From NCBI GenBank assembly GCA_963668625.2, contig CAXXKA010000006.1, positions 320,001-384,000 on the forward strand: a stretch of 64,000 bases of DNA, written 5' to 3'. Both the position numbers and the translations under genes were made by a program. Below, piece by piece: positions 57,702 to 64,000 of this stretch. Within the stretch, counting starts at the first letter, position 1. The number at the start of each line of letters is the position of its first letter. The DNA is from an uncultured candidate division Zixibacteria bacterium (GTDB lineage: Bacteria; Zixibacteria; MSB-5A5; UBA10806; 4484-95). The notes under the pieces were generated by a model. It made no database searches. It was not told the origin of the DNA and was given only the letters and a program-made list of their open reading frames with translations.

Positions 57702-57795
57702 CGTTGCGAAGCGCTGCTTCGCAACGTGGCTTGTTTGCCGGCAGAATGCGCATTCTACATGATTCAAGAAGGTTTCCAAGCAGCGCTTGGAAACC
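57702..57795. repeat. REP-like doublet of perfect hairpins
   Basis: CGTTGCGAAGC-GCT-GCTTCGCAACG and GGTTTCCAAGC-AGC-GCTTGGAAACC. Confidence 0.6.
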
Positions 57796-58013
57796 AGAAA
57801 ACCAAGCCTAACATCGGCAGGATATGTCAGGATGAATGATACGCTGAATAAAATAATTATATCGGAAAATATTTTTCATTAACAATTCCAAGGAGAAATT
57901 TAAAATTTAACGAAAAACACCGGACACTAGTGATAATATTGTATTGATAATTCCTCGAACTTTTCGATAATATTAGTATATCAATTATTAAATTAACCTT
58001 TTGCTTTGGATGA

Positions 58014-59696
58014 GTGTCCATGATAATTCCGAGACCGGATAAAAGCTTTCAAAATCTCAAACGCTACCATCAAATTGCCACAGTATTAATGAAATACGGT
58101 TTCGGAGAGCTGGTTCACCGGATGAACCTGGGCACGCAGTTTTTGCCCACAAGAAGCAAAAAGCCATCGCAATCCGTATCGAGTTACAGTACCGCTCAAC
58201 GTGTCCGTATGGCGCTGGAAGAGCTGGGCCCGACATATGTGAAATTAGGCCAGGTGCTCTCGACTCGTCCCTTTTTATTACCGGCCGAATATATCATAGA
58301 GCTGTCCAAACTTCAGGATCAGGTAGAACCGATGCCCTGGTCGGTAGCCTCGCTGTTATTGATTCGTGAATTAAAGAAGCCTATCAATGAGTGTTTCGAT
58401 TCATTCAACACCGAGCCGCTGGCCTCCGCCTCGCTCTCGCAGGTACATGAGGCCATACTTAAGGATGGCACACCGGTAGTAGTGAAAATACAGCGTCAGG
58501 GCATTAAGAAAATCATCGATTCGGATATGCAGATATTGAACGATATCGCCAGGCTACTCGAAAGTAACGTACCTGAAAGCCGCCAGTTCGACCCGACCGG
58601 AATTATCGAGGAGTTAGCCAAGTCGACCCAGAAAGAGATCAATTTCTTGAACGAGGCGAGGAACGTTGAGATTTTCGCCAATAATTTCAAGGATGAGCCG
58701 GGCATAAAAATACCGAAAATATATCGAGAATTCACGACCTCGAAAATACTTACGCTGGAGAAAATCGAGGGCATAAAGATATCCAATCTCGACGAGCTGA
58801 ACAGCAAAGGCTATGATACCAGGGAGATTTGTGAAAATGGAACCCGTCTCGTATTGAAAATGATATTCGAGGATGGTTTTTTCCATGCCGACCCGCATCC
58901 CGGTAACTTGTTTGTATGCGAAAACAATATCATAGCCCCGGTTGATTTCGGCATGATGGGAACGCTATCGCAATGGCAGATGGATTTTCTCGGCGATATG
59001 GTTATCGCTGTGATGTCCAAAGATACCGGCGATATGCTTCGCGTATTACAAAACACTGACATTATCCCTCCCGATACGAACTTGCGGGAACTCGAGCAGG
59101 ACTTGAGCGAACTGATCGTGAAATACTATAAGATGTCCTTGAAACAAATCGATATGACCACTGCTATCGATGATTTCTTCACGTTCGCTCAGGCGCATAA
59201 TATCAGATTCCAGTCGGAGTTTATGCTATTGGGAAAAGCCTTGATGACTTACGAGGAGGTTGCACGAATACTCTATCCCGAATACGATTTCGTTGGTGCA
59301 ATCGGGCCTTACCTGAAAAAAATCGCCGGCAGGAAGTATAACAAATCGAAGCTTTTCAAAGATTTAATCAGGGCTGTCGATGAGTTGCGCTGGTTTTTCA
59401 TCGAATCCCCGCGTGAGTGGCGGCGTATTGCCGATAAATTGAGTCATGGAGAGTTAACTGTCCAGATGCAACATAAGGGGCTGAACAACCTGATCAGAGA
59501 GTTGGATCGTTCCTCCAACAGGATTTCGATCTCCTTGCTTATAGCGGCTCTTATAGTAGGTTCCTCCATGATTATGACGATCAAGGAGGGTATGATGATT
59601 TTCGATTTACCCCTGTTAGGTTTGATCGGCTATTTATTCGCGGCCGTGCTGGGCATATTCCTCGTCATATCCATTTTGCGTTCAGGTAAACTCTGA
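58014..59696 (+). CDS. ABC1/UbiB/AarF family atypical kinase
   Basis: LGPTYVKLGQ.LSTR, ASASLSQVH.A, VVKIQR, FFHADPHPGN, DFGM. Confidence 0.93.
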   Translation: MSMIIPRPDKSFQNLKRYHQIATVLMKYGFGELVHRMNLGTQFLPTRSKKPSQSVSSYSTAQRVRMALEELGPTYVKLGQVLSTRPFLLPAEYIIELSKLQDQVEPMPWSVASLLLIRELKKPINECFDSFNTEPLASASLSQVHEAILKDGTPVVVKIQRQGIKKIIDSDMQILNDIARLLESNVPESRQFDPTGIIEELAKSTQKEINFLNEARNVEIFANNFKDEPGIKIPKIYREFTTSKILTLEKIEGIKISNLDELNSKGYDTREICENGTRLVLKMIFEDGFFHADPHPGNLFVCENNIIAPVDFGMMGTLSQWQMDFLGDMVIAVMSKDTGDMLRVLQNTDIIPPDTNLRELEQDLSELIVKYYKMSLKQIDMTTAIDDFFTFAQAHNIRFQSEFMLLGKALMTYEEVARILYPEYDFVGAIGPYLKKIAGRKYNKSKLFKDLIRAVDELRWFFIESPREWRRIADKLSHGELTVQMQHKGLNNLIRELDRSSNRISISLLIAALIVGSSMIMTIKEGMMIFDLPLLGLIGYLFAAVLGIFLVISILRSGKL

Positions 59697-59803
59697 TAAG
59701 TTTTCGTTTAAAGCGAACATTACTCGATAAGAATCAGTAACTATAGATAAAGATATTGCCTTATGGGCGATAATCGATTAATTTTATCTCTTGGGTGAAT
59801 ATT

Positions 59804-60847
59804 ATGGCATTTGATGATTTAAGTGATCGCGAACGACGGATTCTAAAGGCGCTGATTGATCATTATATCAATACCGCCGAGCCGGTGGGATCGCGCACGC
59901 TTTCGAAAAAACACGATATAGGCTTATCCTCAGCCAGCATACGCAACACTATGAAAGACCTGGAGGAGATGGGCTTTATCAGCCAGCCGCATACCTCTGC
60001 CGGTCGTATACCCACCAATCAGGGCTATCGCTCGTATGTCGATTTCCTGCTTACTCCGGAAAATCTTGATGAAAACGAAAAGAATATCCTTCGGCGGAAC
60101 ATGAAAACCGAATATACCGAGATAGATGTGATTCTGGAGCAGACCTCACGGGTTATTAGTAACCTCTCCCAACAACTCGGCGTTACCCTGACACCGAAAT
60201 TCGAGTCGGCGATATTAACCAAGCTGGAGATGATCCCGGTTGCCGAGAACAGACTGATGGTAGTGCTTGTGGTTCGTTCCGGACTGGTAAAATCGATTTT
60301 AATCGAGGTCGAGGCCAATTTGCCTAACCTGGCGATAAACGAAACCGTCAGTGTCTTGAACGAGCGGTTATGCGGGCTGTCGTTAAGCGATATCAAACGT
60401 ACTATTAAAGAGCGCGTGAAAAATGTCAATACCGGAGATCCCAAGCTAATCAAATTGTTCGTCGAAAGCCATGAGGATATCTGGGATTTTACGGGCACCC
60501 CCAGGGTTCACATCGATGGCGCATCGAAACTTCTCAAGCAACCAGAGTTTCAAACCCCCGAGAATGTCGCCAAAGTAATCGAGCTGATAGAGGACCGAAC
60601 CTCTATACAGCAGATTATTTCAGAAACCGGTATCGAGGAGGGTATAACGATCACAATTGGTCACAAGAACAAAGCAGGTGAGGATGAACCCCTGTCATTG
60701 TTAACATCCACTTACGATATGGATGGTGTAAAAGGTGTTGTCGGTATTATCGGCCCGACCCGCATGAATTATTCGAGGCTGGTCAGCCTGGTCGATTACA
60801 CCTCGAAGATGTTATCCAATATTTTATCCGATAAATCAAAAGGTTAA
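59804..60847 (+). CDS. hrcA: Heat-inducible transcription repressor HrcA
   Basis: YINTAEPVGSR, QPHTSAGRIPT, GIIGPTRMNY. Confidence 0.96.
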   Translation: MAFDDLSDRERRILKALIDHYINTAEPVGSRTLSKKHDIGLSSASIRNTMKDLEEMGFISQPHTSAGRIPTNQGYRSYVDFLLTPENLDENEKNILRRNMKTEYTEIDVILEQTSRVISNLSQQLGVTLTPKFESAILTKLEMIPVAENRLMVVLVVRSGLVKSILIEVEANLPNLAINETVSVLNERLCGLSLSDIKRTIKERVKNVNTGDPKLIKLFVESHEDIWDFTGTPRVHIDGASKLLKQPEFQTPENVAKVIELIEDRTSIQQIISETGIEEGITITIGHKNKAGEDEPLSLLTSTYDMDGVKGVVGIIGPTRMNYSRLVSLVDYTSKMLSNILSDKSKG

Positions 60848-60883
60848 ACTCTAAACACTTATTTCCAGAGGGCAGTTAACGCG

Positions 60884-61477
60884 ATGAGCAAAGAAAAAGA
60901 GTTATCCCCCGACGAGAATACTCAAGGCAAAATTGATATTGAGATTTCGGACGATATTGATCAAGGAGAGAAAAAGGATTCCGGGGAGAAGCAGGACACT
61001 GAAAATACGATAGATATTAAACAAACAACGGAATACAAAGATTTGAATGATAAATATGTCAGACTGGTAGCCGAATTCGATAATTTCAAGAAACGTTCGG
61101 CCAGGGAATATAACCGCCTGGTGGAAACCGCCGAGAGCAATCTTATTTTAGACCTTCTGCATGTCGTCGATGATTTCTCGCGTGCTATTAATCACGATAC
61201 CGAGGATTTCGAAACGTATAAGCAGGGTATCGAGATGATCAATAGTAAGCTGAACGAAACCCTAAAACGTCGAGGGTTGCAGCATATGAGAGTAGTCGAT
61301 GAGGAGTTCGATCCGAATTTTCATGAGGCGGTAATGCAACTGGAGGTTGATGACAAAGAAGATGGTATCATAATAGAGGAAGTACAGGCAGGATATTATT
61401 TGAATGATAAAGTGATCAGACCGGCTAAAGTCGTTGTAGCCAAACGTAAAGAGGACGAATCTGAGAAGGATGATTAG
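60884..61477 (+). CDS. grpE: Nucleotide exchange factor GrpE
   Basis: AEFDNFKKR, FDPNFHEA, GY.LNDKVIRPAKVVV. Confidence 0.96.
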   Translation: MSKEKELSPDENTQGKIDIEISDDIDQGEKKDSGEKQDTENTIDIKQTTEYKDLNDKYVRLVAEFDNFKKRSAREYNRLVETAESNLILDLLHVVDDFSRAINHDTEDFETYKQGIEMINSKLNETLKRRGLQHMRVVDEEFDPNFHEAVMQLEVDDKEDGIIIEEVQAGYYLNDKVIRPAKVVVAKRKEDESEKDD

Positions 61478-61832
61478 CATTTTACTAATGATTTTGTTAA
61501 TCTCCAATTGATATCCATGTAATTAGTTACGATTTTTTTGTTTTTCACGATAGAAATAGCTTGCAATAGTCTGAAATGCTCATTATAAATCAAGCCGTGT
61601 TTCTTCTAAGCCTTTTAATATGGTCTGGGCAACCATCTGATTGGTAGAAATGTGATAATCGAATTTTTAGGGCGACCTTACCGGTTATTCTATATGATGA
61701 TGATAAGGTATCCGGCTCTTTGACATATCTTTCGGAATGCAATCGATTTCAAAGCTTACGGGCGTTGGTTAGTTGTATGTAATGTGACTATTCCTAATGT
61801 TTGCTTAGGGGCAGCCGTTGAAGGAGAGGCTT

Positions 61833-62738
61833 ATGACGAGGATTATTGGAGTTGTAAATCTTAAAGGTGGGGTTGGTAAAACAACCACTTGTGTTAATCT
61901 GGGCGCGGCCCTTGCTCTATACGGCTTTAAGGTATTACTGGTTGATCTTGATCCGCAGAAAAGCCTGACAAGCTGGGCGGCTATCGAACAATGGCCAACT
62001 ATCTGCAATGTTTTAACCGGCGAGGTCGATCCCTACAAAGCCATAACCCGCTGGGACAAAGCCAAATGCTGGGTTATGCCTGCCGGGCGAGAGCTGCGGC
62101 GAGTAGAGACCCAATTACTTACCATGACCGACAGGGAATATGTTCTGCGACACAAACTCAATCGTTTTTTCGATTTTGATTTCATCCTGATAGATACCGC
62201 GCCATCCTCGGGTCTGTTGACAATAAACTCGATTTGCGCCGCCCAGGAACTGGTGATTCCACTTCAAACCGAAATTCTTGCTTTAGAAAGTACCATTCCG
62301 TTTTTCGAAACGCTCGGCGATATCAAGAAACATTTTCACCCCGATTTGAAAATCGCCGGCATACTACCCAATATGTATGATTCCCGTACCAACCTGTCCA
62401 AATCGATTCTGGATCAGATGCGCGCCTCGGAACATCTAGGGCCGTTGATGTTTAAAACAACTATTCGCAAAAACGTAAAACTTGCCGAAACCCCCTCACT
62501 GGGCTGCGCCGTGACCCGATATTCGGCCTCATATGGCTCCGAGGATTTTAAACTTCTTGCCGAGGAAATCCTCAATGAAACCGACCGGGTGAAAATTGAG
62601 ACTTTACAACAGTCCAGGAAGACACCGGGCATGCAATCGCTGGGATTGGATGAAACCCAGGAGGTTGATAATGAGTTCATCGGTGATGAGGAGGGGGAGG
62701 TTGCGTTAACATCAGGGGAAACCGATAACGAGGATTGA
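61833..62738 (+). CDS. ParA/Soj family ATPase with acidic tail
   Basis: KGGVGKTTT deviant Walker A, VDLDPQ, IDTAP; GGAGAGG RBS. Confidence 0.92.
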   Translation: MTRIIGVVNLKGGVGKTTTCVNLGAALALYGFKVLLVDLDPQKSLTSWAAIEQWPTICNVLTGEVDPYKAITRWDKAKCWVMPAGRELRRVETQLLTMTDREYVLRHKLNRFFDFDFILIDTAPSSGLLTINSICAAQELVIPLQTEILALESTIPFFETLGDIKKHFHPDLKIAGILPNMYDSRTNLSKSILDQMRASEHLGPLMFKTTIRKNVKLAETPSLGCAVTRYSASYGSEDFKLLAEEILNETDRVKIETLQQSRKTPGMQSLGLDETQEVDNEFIGDEEGEVALTSGETDNED

Positions 62739-62743
62739 TGATT

Positions 62744-62974
62744 ATGGCTGATAAATTTAAAGTATCGATTGAATACTGCATCGCTTGAAATTACGACCCC
62801 CAGGCGGCCAGTTTGGCTAAAGCTTTAAAAGAGCGTTACGGGATAAAAGCGAAACTCATCAAATCAAGTGGCGGAGTATTCGAAGTTGTCAAGGATGGAC
62901 AACTGCTTTTCTCCAAGATGGCTAAAGGGCGATTTCCTAATCATCAGGAAATATTCGATAAAATAGATAGCTAG
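62744..62974 (+). CDS. Rdx/SelW-family selenoprotein (CxxU, UGA at 62786-62788)
   Basis: MADKFKVSIEYCIAUNYDPQAASLA..SSGGVFEV..LLFSK..GRFP; SECIS-like hairpin after TGA. Confidence 0.9.
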
Positions 62975-63221
62975 ACTATTAGGTGTCAGTATACCATTTT
63001 TCAGTTAGGTTCGTTCCAATAAGAAATAACCTGTACCGATACGAAACAGAAGTCGCATATTATTTAGCGGAGTAAGGAAATAATTCCTTGCATCAACTAT
63101 ACCCACTCTTTATATTCATCCCGCAAATGGGTAAATGCAAATCATCAACATTGAACTACCGGTATATCCAAGCTAAGTCAATGATACTAATAAATAATAG
63201 AGTTCAGGGATGGGGGTGGAA

Positions 63222-64000
63222 ATGTTTACTTTACTAAAACATGCACTTTCAATTGTTATCTGGGCGGTAGTAGCGGCTGCCTTTTTAATAGCCGGAAGCC
63301 CTGAATTATTCGCTTTCTGGGTTTTACTGGGAGTAGTTTTACTGTTTGCCTGGGTGGTCAAATTTATCTGGAAATGGATAGTGGGGATATTTTTACCGAC
63401 TGTCTCGGCCCGGGCGTATTTTTTGTTTATCGTAATAGTATTAGCATTAGGTTTAGGTTTTTATCAGGTCGCAATCGTGCCTGTTTTTAATTATTGGGGC
63501 ACTACTAAATCGGAGATTACCGATCAGTATCCTATCGATGAGTTTTTATCGGATGGCAAAACGGTAGCCTACAGGGCTATCACCATAAACGCGCCCATTG
63601 GCGAGGTCTATCCGCTTATTAAACGGCTGTCAACGAGTGGAGTGCTTAATTTTAAAGTGAATGTTATAGATATGATAAAAAACGAGCCGGCGAAATTCGT
63701 CCTGAAGGATATCCCCACCAATGTGAAGATCGGCGACCGTTTCTTGATCGGTGAGGTAGTGCAGAGCGTACCTAACAGAAGTCTTACGCTCGAGCTTGAC
63801 AGGAACAGGTTTCCCTGGAGCAAGTTCGAAAAGATTTACGCCGGGTATTATCTAACTCCGGTAGATGGCAACAAGACTCGTATAGTCATGAAAATTAAAG
63901 CCAACTACAGCGGGTTTTTAGCCTGGATCTCGGCCAAGTACTTGATCGAGCTGGGTGATTATTGGGTCTCCAGCTATCAATTGAGCTCGATAAAAAGTTT
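63222..64000 (+). CDS. Membrane-anchored SRPBCC-like protein (runs off window)
   Basis: Three N-terminal hydrophobic segments, then WGTT..E...YP.D..AITINAP..EVYP; not in ORF track because no stop is reached. Confidence 0.6.
   Translation, partial: MFTLLKHALSIVIWAVVAAAFLIAGSPELFAFWVLLGVVLLFAWVVKFIWKWIVGIFLPTVSARAYFLFIVIVLALGLGFYQVAIVPVFNYWGTTKSEITDQYPIDEFLSDGKTVAYRAITINAPIGEVYPLIKRLSTSGVLNFKVNVIDMIKNEPAKFVLKDIPTNVKIGDRFLIGEVVQSVPNRSLTLELDRNRFPWSKFEKIYAGYYLTPVDGNKTRIVMKIKANYSGFLAWISAKYLIELGDYWVSSYQLSSIKS

Noticed and set aside
57584-57811. 75-aa ORF
   Set aside because: Overlaps palindromic repeats; no RBS or recognisable domain.
61474-61500. CIRCE-like TTAGCATTT-N9-TTTTGTTAA at the grpE stop
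   Set aside because: Right arm matches only 5/9 in an AT-rich context; probably chance.

Overview
Bacterial chromosome window; lineage cannot be fixed from the sequence alone, and an FCB-group/Zixibacteria-like origin is only a guess from gene content. About 10-42 kb is the core translation/transcription supercluster: tRNA-Thr, tuf, rpmG, tRNA-Trp, secE, nusG, rplK-A-J-L, rpoBC, rpsL-G, fusA, a second tuf, and the S10, spc and alpha operons. The left flank (1-9.4 kb) is accessory: a HicA-HicB-SecB toxin-antitoxin-chaperone triad, a secreted HExxH protein, cysK-cysE, a Fic gene, a phased ATCGACAT operator-like array, and a tandem array of three ~368-bp units ending in an intact tRNA-Gly(TCC). 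Each unit is a promoter, a tRNA-Gly 5' mimic and a small GIY-YIG nuclease gene; this array is the best candidate for an undescribed selfish or regulatory system. The right flank holds deoB-cdd-pdp, PBP1A, tyrS, frameshifted prfB, rlmN, MITE/REP clusters, a PhaR-phasin fusion with an ABC1 kinase, hrcA-grpE, an orphan ParA and a Rdx/SelW selenoprotein missed by the ORF track. Other signals: a pseudoknot-like RNA before fusA, a split rpsC tail, and substitutions at normally invariant RpoB and RpoC residues.
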